In this document: positions 49,008-59,594 of the stretch, in pieces
Position numbering within the stretch: the stretch's first letter is position 1
How the letters are laid out: each line of letters opens with the position of its first letter
Assembly: GCA_965205215.1 (NCBI GenBank)
Contig: OZ242041.1
Location: 2,034,240 to 2,098,239, forward strand
Origin: Nitrosopumilus sp.
Lineage (GTDB): Archaea; Thermoproteota; Nitrososphaeria; Nitrososphaerales; Nitrosopumilaceae
DNA length: 64,000 nt
Direction of reading: 5' to 3'
The notes under the pieces: generated by a model
Database searches by the model: none
Told to the model about the DNA's origin: nothing
Seen by the model: only the letters and a program-made list of their open reading frames with translations
Made by a program: the position numbers and the translations under genes

Positions 49008-50291
49008 TCACCTCTTCTCGTGGTCTGTCCCGGCCTTTGGGAGTCGCAGCGTAAACACGACAGGATCGCTGCTGACACTGATGCTTCCCCCGTGCTGTTC
49101 CATGATATTCTTGCAACTGGCAAGTCCCAAACCGGTGCCTAGCGGCTTGGTGGTAAATAGCGGCTCGAAGAGGGACGACATGCGGTCTGCCGGAATCTGG
49201 GGCCCCGAATTCTCAAACTCTATCATCACCGTTCTGCCATCCACCAGCCTGATAATTATGTTCCCGTCGTCGTGGCCTATTGCCTGGATCGCGTTCAGCA
49301 AAAGATTGGCAAAGACCATCTCCATCTTTGACGGATCGCACGTGATGAGCGCGTCGTCTTTGGGCATGCTGATCCTTATGTTATCTGGGATGTCCACATA
49401 GGCGACGGATCTGCCCAGCATCTCCAACACGGATGCCGGAGACATCGCGAGCGGAACGTTGCGGATGCTGTTCATTATACCGTCGATCTGGTGCGACATC
49501 CGCCTTACGGCGCGCTCCATCCTGTCGATGGTAGATTCGATTACATCAGAATCGCCCCCGCGGCGCCTGATCAGGGAAGCCGAGTTCTGTATGATTCCAA
49601 GGGGCGTCTTCATGTCGTGGGCCATCGCGACTGCAAGCTCGCCCACTGCGGCAATCTTTCCTGTCCTGACCATCTCCGCGGTATGCTTGTTGAATATCCT
49701 CCAGATCAGGAAGATCAAGAAGATGTGCGCCACTACGTTGGTGATGCCAAGAAACACCTGGAGCAGTATGAGGTTGGATAAGAGCACATCCACGTCGCGG
49801 CTAAGCTTATCTGTGAGCTCGTCGGAGAGCGCGACAAGCCTGTCACTGGTGTGCTTTATGGTGTCGATGTCGGTGATCGATGCGGCAGTGGCAGTGTTAT
49901 CAGCAGAGAGGCACTCCAGGATCTCGGCCCTGTATTGTCCAAACATGTCCCATATCAGGTTCCAGTCGCCCTCAAAGCGCGGCGAGAGCGGGCTGATCTC
50001 TATCCCGGACGATGTTCCGCCCTCCTTCAGGAAGAGTATGTTTGACTCCAGCGCGTCTAGCGCCGCAAGCGTTTGGTTTCCGTTAAGCACCTGGTCGCCC
50101 TCTTGGAATAGCTTGTCCCTAAGCTCATCGCGTACCAGAATCGTAAGCACCCTGTTCTCTCCGGCTACATTTACTACGTTGCCTGCAAGGTTCAGCTGCG
50201 ACTCGAAATGGATCATGATTAAAAAGCTTGTAACGATCAGAAAGATCTGCGCCGTCACCAGTACCGTGATCCTGTATGTCAGCCTTGCCAT
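49008..50291 (-). CDS. Sensor histidine kinase with NarX/PilJ-like extracellular domain
   Basis: Two TMs; NVAGENRVL after TM1; AHDMKTPL H-box; NLLLNA, FEPLFTTK, GTGLGL. Confidence 0.9.
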   Translation of the reverse strand: MARLTYRITVLVTAQIFLIVTSFLIMIHFESQLNLAGNVVNVAGENRVLTILVRDELRDKLFQEGDQVLNGNQTLAALDALESNILFLKEGGTSSGIEISPLSPRFEGDWNLIWDMFGQYRAEILECLSADNTATAASITDIDTIKHTSDRLVALSDELTDKLSRDVDVLLSNLILLQVFLGITNVVAHIFLIFLIWRIFNKHTAEMVRTGKIAAVGELAVAMAHDMKTPLGIIQNSASLIRRRGGDSDVIESTIDRMERAVRRMSHQIDGIMNSIRNVPLAMSPASVLEMLGRSVAYVDIPDNIRISMPKDDALITCDPSKMEMVFANLLLNAIQAIGHDDGNIIIRLVDGRTVMIEFENSGPQIPADRMSSLFEPLFTTKPLGTGLGLASCKNIMEQHGGSISVSSDPVVFTLRLPKAGTDHEKR

Positions 50292-50388
50292 CTGTACAAT
50301 ACCTCGCGTACATGTAATAAAAGATCATTGGGGTGGTAGGTGATCCTTGCATTTCTGTAGATGCTGCGTGCGGGTTCACCCGCAGATA

Positions 50389-50492
50389 GGCAGCCCGCGC
50401 AGCTTGTGTCGCACCATCCAAATGGTGACAGAGCGGCGCATCCGGACAAGGCTACAATCGGCAGTCCGCGCAGCTTGTGTCGCGTCATCCAA
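50389..50492. repeat. Two 33-bp direct repeats separated by 38 bp
   Basis: GGCAGCCCGCGCAGCTTGTGTCGCACCATCCAA and GGCAGTCCGCGCAGCTTGTGTCGCGTCATCCAA (30/33). Confidence 0.8.
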
Positions 50493-50991
50493 GGCACCTC
50501 TGTCATGCGTCACGCGACGCATACCCAATCTGCAGGCACGGCCTGCAGCACCTCCCGAACCTATCCGGCGTCCGTCCTTGGCGTACGGGAATCTCTCATG
50601 CAGGCATATGCCGCAGGCCGTGCGTGTCCCGCCTGCCTACACTCTGCAAGGCTTTCGTGTCGCGAACCGCAGCCCTTCAGGCAGGGTGCAGCACTGGCGT
50701 GTCAGCATGCGCGGGGGGCTATCAACCCAGACCCCCAAGATGTCACCCACTAAGAAAAAGAGGGCGCCACGTATGTGGAAAGACACTCCAGATACGGATG
50801 TATCTCTTTATATAACGCAGGGTACAAGGGGGTGTAATGACCATAAGAGATGAAGAACAGGGATCTTCTACTGCGGCGTTTGCGTCGGCCTATACGATCG
50901 GGATGATGCCTGCGTTTGCACACCACCACGCGGGTATTGACTGGTGTCGATATGCATTCGGGCAGACAGTAGATTCGGAGAGCAGATACAC

Positions 50992-51603
50992 ATGACTGGC
51001 AAAAGGTTGGCCATGATGACAGCAGTAATAATAATTGCTGCAGCGTCGACGCCATACATACTAGCTGAAATGGATCCGACCGTCGTGGTGTCTAATAAGA
51101 CGCAATGGGCCACCAACCTCACCTTTGCAGAGTCTGTCGACAAGGCTGGCGCGGTAGTTATAGGCGAGATAGCGGGCCTTGATGTCAGGCTCTTCACAGA
51201 GGAGATCGTTGGCGCTGATGAGAACGGTGACGAGTATGTCAGGGTGGACCGCGTGCCTATGAAAGAGATAAAGATTCGCGTACTGGAAAAACTAGCAGAC
51301 GATGTTGGTTTGGACCCCAAGACCGTTACAGTATATGACCGCTTAGTATGGGGGGAAATCGGTACAAGTGACGGCCACAAAGCCGTTTACATGAACGTGT
51401 ATGCGTTCGACTACAATTTGGGAGACAAGGGCGTCTTTCTGATTGAAAACGACAAGCGCTTGTACGTGTCAGGCTTTGCAGACTACTACCCAATAGTCCC
51501 AGGCAAGACCACGATCACCACCAAGTTGGACAAGGTGGTCGGAAACGATCCGATAGACATGGCAGAAGTCAGAGACGCTGTCAGGCTAAAGGTCCAGAGA
51601 TGA
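50992..51603 (+). CDS. Hypothetical secreted protein
   Basis: Signal peptide; lower GC than neighbours. Confidence 0.65.
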   Translation: MTGKRLAMMTAVIIIAAASTPYILAEMDPTVVVSNKTQWATNLTFAESVDKAGAVVIGEIAGLDVRLFTEEIVGADENGDEYVRVDRVPMKEIKIRVLEKLADDVGLDPKTVTVYDRLVWGEIGTSDGHKAVYMNVYAFDYNLGDKGVFLIENDKRLYVSGFADYYPIVPGKTTITTKLDKVVGNDPIDMAEVRDAVRLKVQR

Positions 51604-51956
51604 CAGCCGCCACATTTTTCTTTTTTATTTATACGCGACACGGAGACAGTCCGGTCGAGATCTTGCGCCCAGAATTACAAGATACAGTACATGCCTAGGA
51701 ATGAATCTGGAATTGGCTTGGGAGCACACGGCGTTTTGCGGGCCGCGCATACTGAAAAAAGCGCAAGGGCGAGCTGGCCAACGCCCAGAAACCACGAGAT
51801 GCCAGCCCGGGTCACGGCAGTCCGCGGCTCGCGGTTCTGCGCAGACAAATAGACTGGACGCGGCGGGCATTAACAAGACAGGACCGGCTGATTTCTGGAT
51901 TAACCGCTGGCTTGGTCTGGTTTTTATTGCTGTGTGGGGGAGACTTGGCAGTTCAA

Positions 51957-52211
51957 ATGACGTCTGATGACAGGAAGGCTGCCAGGCCCAAGCTCACCAC
52001 GAAGGAGATTGTAAAAAGGGGCTCCATAATAGGCGCCATAGTCACTGTCCCGTCGCTTGCCGTGTTCTTTGCGGTGTGGGTGGTGCTTGACGACATGATA
52101 ATTGGCGCAGTCAGCGGCGTGGTAACGCACTTTGTCGCAATGGGTTTCTCACTCAAAATATCAAAGAGGCTGCTGCTGGGCGGCGGGGAGCCATCCCCTT
52201 CCGGGTCGTAG
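51957..52211 (+). CDS. Small two-TM membrane protein
   Basis: Two hydrophobic helices. Confidence 0.6.
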   Translation: MTSDDRKAARPKLTTKEIVKRGSIIGAIVTVPSLAVFFAVWVVLDDMIIGAVSGVVTHFVAMGFSLKISKRLLLGGGEPSPSGS

Positions 52212-52334
52212 GCCCCGCCGCGCCTGGCGCGCCATGCCCTGCATCGCGCAAGGTGCCAAGGTGGTACTGCCGCCCCGGTGGCGGCCGCTGCACCGTCGTA
52301 AACGCTTTATTATCATCTGAGCGCCACCTGCGCT

Positions 52335-52688
52335 GTGTCGTTATCAAAGATCGAGAATGACCTGACGTCGGAGCTGGGCATAAGCGCGCTACAGGCAAAG
52401 ACGTACCTGCTTGTCACGTGCGACGGCATGATGAATCCCGATGAGATCGCCTCCCGCCTTGACGTGCCAGCATCCGAGGCGCTCGACTCTGCAAGGTCAC
52501 TCGTGGAGCTGGGCGCCTTTATTGACATGCCCGATACCAAGTTTGAGGCCATGCATCCCCGGTTTACCGCGGTCAACATGCTCAGGCGCATATGCGAACG
52601 GGATGACAGGCCGTTTGGGCGCAACAAGGTGGTGGATGCAGTCGGGGCGGCCCTCGAGGAGCCGTATGACTCTGCAAGGACTAAATAA
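52335..52688 (+). CDS. TrmB-like HTH protein
   Basis: LG.S..QAKTY..L..EIA..L..L...G..FEA.HP. Confidence 0.7.
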   Translation: MSLSKIENDLTSELGISALQAKTYLLVTCDGMMNPDEIASRLDVPASEALDSARSLVELGAFIDMPDTKFEAMHPRFTAVNMLRRICERDDRPFGRNKVVDAVGAALEEPYDSARTK

Positions 52689-52710
52689 AGGACGGGGAGG
52701 CGCGCGTATC

Positions 52711-53115
52711 ATGTCGTCAGATGAGGGCACCGAGTGCCGCAGTCACCAGCCGGTCTACTTTGGCGTCGTGAACATCAACGTCAACGAGCGGACGATCGGC
52801 TCCGTGGACGTGTGGCGCTGCGTCGCATGCAAAAAGCGCTTTTGCGAGGAAAAGCAGCTGGGAATCGAGGAGCTGGCGGATCTGGTCGGGATGCCCCGCA
52901 TAGACGCGGATCAGAAGTGGGCAGTCAGCGTCTGCAAGCTGCAGCAGGGCAGGTACAAGTGGAAGCTTGTAAAGTTCAGGAAGGACGACGAGATAAGCCA
53001 CGAGTGCCTCGACGAGCGCGTGATAAAGCTCCGCGTCTCAAACTTTGAGATCGTCGACGACCAGCACTGGAGCTTTCTTGTGGATGACTATGTCAACAAA
53101 GCCGTGGAGATCTGA
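52711..53115 (+). CDS. Hypothetical Cys-containing protein
   Basis: WRCVACKKRFC; coding-like ORF. Confidence 0.65.
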   Translation: MSSDEGTECRSHQPVYFGVVNINVNERTIGSVDVWRCVACKKRFCEEKQLGIEELADLVGMPRIDADQKWAVSVCKLQQGRYKWKLVKFRKDDEISHECLDERVIKLRVSNFEIVDDQHWSFLVDDYVNKAVEI

Positions 53116-53119
53116 TTAC

Positions 53120-53422
53120 ATGGAGGACGATCCGCCCAACCTTGACGTGCACATAATCGGGATAGGGGGCACGCAGATGGCCGCCAAGATAGACGGCACG
53201 TTCACGCTTGACGGCACACTGAAGTTTCCATTCGAGGCCATAGCCTTTGGCAGGATAGGCGGGCAGAACATAGGGGCCAAGCTGTCAGAGTCGACCGAGC
53301 TGGGCCTGAAAGAGGCAGGATACGATCCGGACGAGGTTGTAATGCAGCTGCAAAGGAGCCTGCTGCAGGGAGACCTGACGCTTCCGGAGGGGCTGTCGCG
53401 GGAGACGTTTGCAGACGACTGA
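53120..53422 (+). CDS. Hypothetical protein
   Basis: Coding-like ORF coupled to the upstream gene. Confidence 0.65.
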   Translation: MEDDPPNLDVHIIGIGGTQMAAKIDGTFTLDGTLKFPFEAIAFGRIGGQNIGAKLSESTELGLKEAGYDPDEVVMQLQRSLLQGDLTLPEGLSRETFADD

Positions 53423-53535
53423 TGGCCGCGGCGGGAATGGCCGCAATCACAATCACGCCGCGCCATAGCCGGACGCTGCGCCGCGACTAGCCGCCGGCCG
53501 CCACAATCATGGCCGCCACCGCGCCTATTCCCTTT

Positions 53536-54348
53536 CTAGAACTCTGCCTCGCCGAGCGCGTCGGCGCACCGGCATCCTCGCTCGGAGGGTATGCGGCCCA
53601 CCAACTCTGCCAGCAGCGCCTTTGTGCGCTCCACGTTTCTTGATAGCGTCTCCATCACCTCCTTTGCCGTCACCGGCTTTTCGGCCCACGCGTCGTAGTC
53701 GGTTATGGTAGACACTGACGCATAGCACATCTGGGCCTCCCTGGCAAGCTGGCACTCGGGCACCAGCGTCATGCCGATTACGTCGGCGCCGAGACTCCTG
53801 TACATCTTGGACTCGGCCTTTGTGGAGAAGCGCGGGCCCTCTATGCACACATAGGTCTTGCCCGTCTGCAGCTCGATGCCCTGCCTGCTGGAGGCCTCCG
53901 AAATGGAATCCTGCAGCTCCGGGCAGAACGGGTCCGCCATGGATATGTGTATGACCCTGCCCTTCTCAGAGAACGAGTACTCCCTTGACTTTGTATAGTC
54001 GACATACTGGGAGGGCATGACAAAGTCGCCAGGCTTTAGCTCCTCCCTCAGGCTTCCTACCGCCGATGGCGCTATTATGCGCGTGACGCCCATCTGCCTG
54101 AACGCCTCTATGTTGGCCCTAAAGTTTATCAGGTGCGGCGGAATCCCGTGCTTTTTTCCGTGCCTTGGAAGGAATGCAACCCTCCTGCCACGGAAGGTGC
54201 CGACCGTAACCGCGTCTGACGGGTCACCGTACCTGGTGCCGACCCTTACCTCGCGCGCATCCTCGAGCATCTCCGAGTCGTACAGCCCGGTTCCTCCGAA
54301 TATCCCAATCTCCGCCGCCGCCGCAGCCCCGTCCATGCTAGTCATCAC
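53536..54348 (-). CDS. mtnP: S-methyl-5'-thioadenosine phosphorylase
   Basis: GGTG, PRHG..H.IPP, EGPRFST.AES, GMT, TDYD. Confidence 0.94.
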   Translation of the reverse strand: MMTSMDGAAAAAEIGIFGGTGLYDSEMLEDAREVRVGTRYGDPSDAVTVGTFRGRRVAFLPRHGKKHGIPPHLINFRANIEAFRQMGVTRIIAPSAVGSLREELKPGDFVMPSQYVDYTKSREYSFSEKGRVIHISMADPFCPELQDSISEASSRQGIELQTGKTYVCIEGPRFSTKAESKMYRSLGADVIGMTLVPECQLAREAQMCYASVSTITDYDAWAEKPVTAKEVMETLSRNVERTKALLAELVGRIPSERGCRCADALGEAEF

Positions 54349-54372
54349 CAGTCCTCTTCCATACCGGTCAAT

Positions 54373-54966
54373 TTACTCATTATCGTCATCATCATAGCGT
54401 ACAAGTGCGCCATAGTCATACCCGGATATGGCATCGGCGCCCTTCAGGCCCGCCAGCTCTATGAGAAATGCAAAGCCTGCCACCACGCCCCCGGCGTCCT
54501 CCACCAGCTGTCCTGCCGCCTTTGCGGTGCCGCCTGTTGCAAGCAGATCGTCGCATATGAGAACCCTCTGCCCCCTCGATATGGATTCGTCCTGTATCTC
54601 CAGGCTGCTGTGCCCGTACTCCAGCTGGTACGACCTCTTTTTGGTGCTCCCGGGCAGCTTGCCGGGCTTGCGTATCATCATCATGCCCTTGTCGTATCTT
54701 GCCCCCAGGATGGTCGCTATGATAAACCCCCTGGACTCTATGCCGGCCAGTATGTCCACGCCCGCCATGTCAAACTTTTTCCCAAACTCGCCTGCCACGT
54801 GTGCAAGGGCCTGCGGATCTGCCAGTATGGGCCCAAAGTCACGGAACACGACACCCTCCTTTGGAAAGCCGGGATGGTTGCTTATCATGCCCTTGAGGTT
54901 CACGGCCGCAGTCTGAGTGGTATCAATAAATGTCTTGATCATCGGCCCTGCAGCCCTATAGCTCAA
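54373..54966 (-). CDS. apt: Adenine phosphoribosyltransferase
   Basis: ESRGF, RK.GKLPG, Y.LEYG, DDLLATGGT. Confidence 0.95.
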   Translation of the reverse strand: MSYRAAGPMIKTFIDTTQTAAVNLKGMISNHPGFPKEGVVFRDFGPILADPQALAHVAGEFGKKFDMAGVDILAGIESRGFIIATILGARYDKGMMMIRKPGKLPGSTKKRSYQLEYGHSSLEIQDESISRGQRVLICDDLLATGGTAKAAGQLVEDAGGVVAGFAFLIELAGLKGADAISGYDYGALVRYDDDDNE

Positions 54967-57343
54967 TCTCGGTCTCGGCCGTATTGTCGTGAGTGTCCCT
55001 GGCCTTGAGCACGTACGTGCCGGGCGGCACGTCGTCCGGAATGGCCCACTTTGCAGACGCCACCTTTTCGCCTGTTATGGATATCTTCTGCTCCGAGCCG
55101 ATCGGGGTGCCGTCCTGCGCCGACACCTGGATCCACACGCTCTGCTCTGCCCCTACCACCATTATGTCTATGTACCTGCCTATCGAGTGCTCGCTCTTTA
55201 TGCCGAGCACCTGTATCGACATGCTTTCGGGTATCACCTCGACCTGGACCGAGTGGCTGCTTCCCCCGCTGCTCGCAGTTATGGTCCACGTTCCGAACGT
55301 GCCGTGCGAGGGTATCATAAGCTGCTCGAGCGCCTTGCTGCTGTCCACGTCCTTGTCGACCCTGATCGTAGTAGAGAACGTCTCCTTGGTCGTGACGACC
55401 TCCCCGTCCGGATCCGTCATTGTGATGGTAAGCGGCACCTTTGCGTCGCCCGTGTCGACTGAGACGAGGAACTGCTCGCCGCGGTAGTACGGCGGCTTTA
55501 TGGGCACCACCTCTATGCTGGAGATGCTCGACTGCAGCCCTATGGTGAACTCCTTGGACGTCTTCTCGGTGCCCTTTTCAAGCTCCGCCGTGTATATGCC
55601 GTCATCAAAACCATCCAGGTCCAGCACAACCACGCCCCTTCCGTCGGACTGCACGGTGAGGGACTCGGTATACTTTATGTTGTCGGAGCTGTCCAGTATG
55701 TTGAGCCTGATCGTATCCGACGGCTTTGCAGCTATGCTGATTATGGCGACGTCGGAGAACTTGTAGTTCACCTTGTCTAGATCGAACCTTATCTTGACCT
55801 TTGGCAGCTCGTTGATCCCTACAAACAAGAACTGCTTGTAGTCGCCCTGCGTTGCAATCAGCGTGTACGTGCCCTCCGCGTCGCTAAAGCTCGTCTCGTA
55901 GTCAAACGCAACCGAGTCCGAGCCGTTTGTGCGTATTATGTCTGAATATATTACAATGTTGTTCGGGTTTTCAAGATGCACCTTTAGCGGCTCGCTGTTT
56001 ATGGTGGTTATGTTGAACTGCATGACGTCACTGCGGTCGTACTTTAGCTTGCTAGACGCTATCTTGATTCCCTCCTCGATCACGACTGACCAGGACCTGC
56101 TCTCTGACGCAAAGCCGTCCGTAATGACGGTGTTGTAGCTGCCTATCTCCATGTCGGCGCCCACCAGGAACGCCTCCGATACGGACCAGCTGCCCGAGCC
56201 GTCCACCTTTACTATGTTGGATTTTATCTGATCTCCGTCAGGGCCGGTCACGTACAACACCAGCGCGCTGCCCGGACGCCCGGATCCCTCCATTACGATC
56301 CGGTCACCTATCTTTACAGTCTCCGCTATGCCGGATATGCCGAGTGCGGACTGCTGTCCCCCTAGGCCCTGCCCGCCTCCGAGCTGCGGCCTCTGCTCTG
56401 CGGGGCCCAGCCTCAGGCTGCGCACCACCTCGTCACCCTCTATACTCCTTGCGGCAAAGTTGACCCTGTCGGCCTGCAGGTTGGAGGGCAACTTTACTGT
56501 AGTTACAAACGCCCCGTCGGCTCCCGTCATAAACCCCCCAAGTATGCGGTTGTTTATGTAAAAGTCATAGTGCGTGTTGGGCCCGAACTCCTCGCCTGCG
56601 ACCCTGATCGTGGCCCCGACGCTTGGCTTGAGGGGGATTATCCTAAAGTCGGATTCCGAGGTGATGCCCTGTGTCGGAGGTGGCGTCTGCGTCGGAGGTG
56701 GCTGTATTGGCGGCGGTGGCGGCGGCGGCGGTACGCCAGTCCCCGGATCTCCCGCGCCGTCCGGGGGCTGCGCGTCGTCAATCTCGGGCATCTCGCCGGG
56801 TGTCACCCTGCCGGTTGCAACCTCGGCGCCGTCCTGGCCGACTGCCTTCCAGTTGATTCCCGAGACTGCCGCGTCGGTCTCGACCCCGAACTTGACAGAC
56901 CCGCCAGGCTTTAGCGGGACCTCGGTTGTAAACACAACGACTCCCTGCGGCGTCTTTTGGCCCGTCCATCCGATCTCAGTCTTGAACGACTTGAAGACGG
57001 CGCCGCTGTCAGAGTTAAGCCACAGCCTTAGCATGGATACGTCGGGGGCGTTTTCAGAGCTGGTTAGCGTGATGAGATTGGTCCCCCCTACGGATATGCT
57101 CGATACTGTGACGTCCTGCTGCTGCTGCTGCTGCTGTGCGTACGCGTGGTTTGCAGCGTGGTACGCGGCCTCGCCGGTCGCGGGCCACGCCGACGTATCC
57201 GAGGCGGCTGCAATTACGATTATCGCCATCACCGCAGCGGCCGGTATCACTGCAATGACGCGACGGCTTCTTGATGAGGCCGCCATTATCGTCGCCGCCT
57301 GCATTCCAAGGTTCCGCGCAAGGCGCGTCGGTCCGTCACTCAT
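54956..57343 (-). CDS. Large secreted/surface protein with Ig-like beta domains
   Basis: Signal-like N-terminus, poly-Q and Pro-rich linkers, repeated G.Y motifs. Confidence 0.75.
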   Translation of the reverse strand: MSDGPTRLARNLGMQAATIMAASSRSRRVIAVIPAAAVMAIIVIAAASDTSAWPATGEAAYHAANHAYAQQQQQQQDVTVSSISVGGTNLITLTSSENAPDVSMLRLWLNSDSGAVFKSFKTEIGWTGQKTPQGVVVFTTEVPLKPGGSVKFGVETDAAVSGINWKAVGQDGAEVATGRVTPGEMPEIDDAQPPDGAGDPGTGVPPPPPPPPIQPPPTQTPPPTQGITSESDFRIIPLKPSVGATIRVAGEEFGPNTHYDFYINNRILGGFMTGADGAFVTTVKLPSNLQADRVNFAARSIEGDEVVRSLRLGPAEQRPQLGGGQGLGGQQSALGISGIAETVKIGDRIVMEGSGRPGSALVLYVTGPDGDQIKSNIVKVDGSGSWSVSEAFLVGADMEIGSYNTVITDGFASESRSWSVVIEEGIKIASSKLKYDRSDVMQFNITTINSEPLKVHLENPNNIVIYSDIIRTNGSDSVAFDYETSFSDAEGTYTLIATQGDYKQFLFVGINELPKVKIRFDLDKVNYKFSDVAIISIAAKPSDTIRLNILDSSDNIKYTESLTVQSDGRGVVVLDLDGFDDGIYTAELEKGTEKTSKEFTIGLQSSISSIEVVPIKPPYYRGEQFLVSVDTGDAKVPLTITMTDPDGEVVTTKETFSTTIRVDKDVDSSKALEQLMIPSHGTFGTWTITASSGGSSHSVQVEVIPESMSIQVLGIKSEHSIGRYIDIMVVGAEQSVWIQVSAQDGTPIGSEQKISITGEKVASAKWAIPDDVPPGTYVLKARDTHDNTAETEIEL

Positions 57344-57494
57344 ACGCCCAGATCATCCCCGCTGATCCGGCACCGGGATCTACGTATGCAAGACGCGTGC
57401 CTGCCAAATGCCACACTCCCATTTGGTGTCCGCTGTATATAACCCACGCATGCGGCATCCACGTTTGGCCAGATAGTCCGCACGCCTCTTAAGG

Positions 57495-59594
57495 TTACGC
57501 TTTTGCCCGCTGGTATCTGTCCAAATCCGCCTTTGCCACCACGTTCTGGTATTGCCTGATGCGCTCGGCCATGAGCCTGTAGAGCGACCTGAACCTGTCC
57601 CGGGTCTTGTCGGACAGAAAGCTCGCCTCATCAAGAGTGATCTTTTCGCAGATGTACCTTGTGATCTCCTCGTTGCTGAACTCCCCCCATTCGTCATCGG
57701 CATGATCCTGCCATATGGCGGCAAGCTTGGCAAGTATGCCCTTGTGGTCCTGCTTCTCGTCCAGATCCCCCAGCCCTATGCTGGTGTATCCCTCGCGCCT
57801 GAGCTTTATCTCGTAGGTCTGGTTTACCGGGTGCAGATAGTCCTCCGGCAAGATGTAATCCTCTATGGACTCTAGCTTTTTGCCTTCAAGCTCGTAGGAT
57901 ATGGTCTGCACCGGCAGAAAGCCGTTTGCCGTGAGCTGGGCCGATATCTGCCTTGATTCGTCCGTATTGTCAAGCAGTATGAACGTCTTGTACCCGTGGT
58001 TCCTGTAGAATATGGCAAGCGGCAGGACCGAGTTCTTGCTGTATGCGGCCACCACGTTGAGCGGGTTCATCGATATGTTGGGATCCTGCAGAAACTTGTC
58101 AAAGGCGTTGAGGTACATGGAGTCGGACATGGTCTCTACGATTATGATGGGCCTCGAGTTTGTCCCGATCTCCCTGTCGACCACCGACTCCACCTGGCCC
58201 CGGGACAGCCCGTACAGGATTGGCGTCAGGGTCTTGTCGTCGGCGTTCCAATAGTCGTAGAATATGCGGCTTAGGTGCCTCCGTTTGTCAAGCTCGACTA
58301 CCAGCAGGTTCCCCGGGGTATAGTCAAATATCATAAACGGCGAGTGCGTGGCGTAGAGCACCTGGTTTGATCCGGCGAGGCTCCTTAGCAGGTCCGATAT
58401 GCCCATCTGCTGCGTCGGGTGCAGGTTCCTTGCAGGCTCGTCGAGCAGCAGTATGGCCTCCTTTAGTTCCGCCCTCTGGGTCTCGGCCGCAAAGTTTACG
58501 ATGAACGAGAACGTCCACTTGAAGCCCTCCGCCCGGCGACTCAGCAGCCCCGTGTTTGTCACGTTCCCGTCCCTGTGCACGTCGGATATCACCACGCTCA
58601 TGATGTTGCCCGGGTTGTACCTCAGCTCTATCCGTATGGGATCGCCCTTCCAGGCCGGGTTGAGCCTGGACGTGAGCTTGTTTGACGCGGCGTTGAGCAG
58701 CTTGATGCACTTTGAGGGGCTGTTCTTCACCTCCTCCAGCTCGTCCATGTCGAGCTCTGCCAGATAGAAGAGGTTTCTCACGGTCTCGGCCTTGTCGAAC
58801 TCCTCCACGTACTCTATCGACCGGCCAGGTGTAGTGCCCCTCTCCTCCCTGACGTATTCGCTGAGGTTTATGTTGCCAAAGATCTTTTTGTAGTCCGAAA
58901 AGTAGACGAACCTCGGGTGCAGGTTGGAGCCTACAAAGTTGTCGAGCGCGACCCTCTCGCTCTCCCCGCTCAGCAGGTTGTCGAACCTGTTCTCAGGGCT
59001 CTCGTAGATCTTCTCCCACTCGGCCACGACCTCCGGCTCCTGTATGGCTATGACGTGGAACCTGTTGCTGAACTCGGCCATCTGGCTGTCAAAGGACTCC
59101 TGCGTCTCCGGAATGGGGCCCTCAAAGAACGACGTGTCCACCTGTATCCGGAGGTGGTTTGGAATGGTGTCTGTGAACGAGATTACCCTCTTTGCAAAGT
59201 TCTCCCAGGAGTTGAGGTCCCTGCTGCGCCCCTCGTCGACGGGCATGTTGTCAAACTCGTACTGGACTCCCGGGCTCCGGTTTGTCCTGTACAGCGTCAT
59301 GCGCCTGATCTCCGGCAGCCCCGGAAAGCGCTCCCTTATCATCTCAATCTCGTTGGGGTTGAGCTCGAACTGCCCCTCCGCAAGCCTTATCTCGCTCTTG
59401 AGCTCCTCGTCCATCTCGTCGCACAAGTCGAGCTCCGAGACCTGCTCGTCCCGGTTCAGGAGGGTGAGGGCCTGGAGTATGGTCGTCTTGCCGCTCTCGT
59501 TCCTGCCCACGAACGCGGCCAGGTCGCCTACCGTAATCTCCCCCGAATCGTGTATGCAACGGTATGCCCTGACTCTAAACTTTCTAAGCCTCAT
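57495..59594 (-). CDS. OLD-like ABC ATPase with probable C-terminal TOPRIM-like domain
   Basis: GRNESGKT Walker A, LLLDEP, THSPF, IIVETMSD..IEDY. Confidence 0.8.
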   Translation of the reverse strand: MRLRKFRVRAYRCIHDSGEITVGDLAAFVGRNESGKTTILQALTLLNRDEQVSELDLCDEMDEELKSEIRLAEGQFELNPNEIEMIRERFPGLPEIRRMTLYRTNRSPGVQYEFDNMPVDEGRSRDLNSWENFAKRVISFTDTIPNHLRIQVDTSFFEGPIPETQESFDSQMAEFSNRFHVIAIQEPEVVAEWEKIYESPENRFDNLLSGESERVALDNFVGSNLHPRFVYFSDYKKIFGNINLSEYVREERGTTPGRSIEYVEEFDKAETVRNLFYLAELDMDELEEVKNSPSKCIKLLNAASNKLTSRLNPAWKGDPIRIELRYNPGNIMSVVISDVHRDGNVTNTGLLSRRAEGFKWTFSFIVNFAAETQRAELKEAILLLDEPARNLHPTQQMGISDLLRSLAGSNQVLYATHSPFMIFDYTPGNLLVVELDKRRHLSRIFYDYWNADDKTLTPILYGLSRGQVESVVDREIGTNSRPIIIVETMSDSMYLNAFDKFLQDPNISMNPLNVVAAYSKNSVLPLAIFYRNHGYKTFILLDNTDESRQISAQLTANGFLPVQTISYELEGKKLESIEDYILPEDYLHPVNQTYEIKLRREGYTSIGLGDLDEKQDHKGILAKLAAIWQDHADDEWGEFSNEEITRYICEKITLDEASFLSDKTRDRFRSLYRLMAERIRQYQNVVAKADLDRYQRAKA

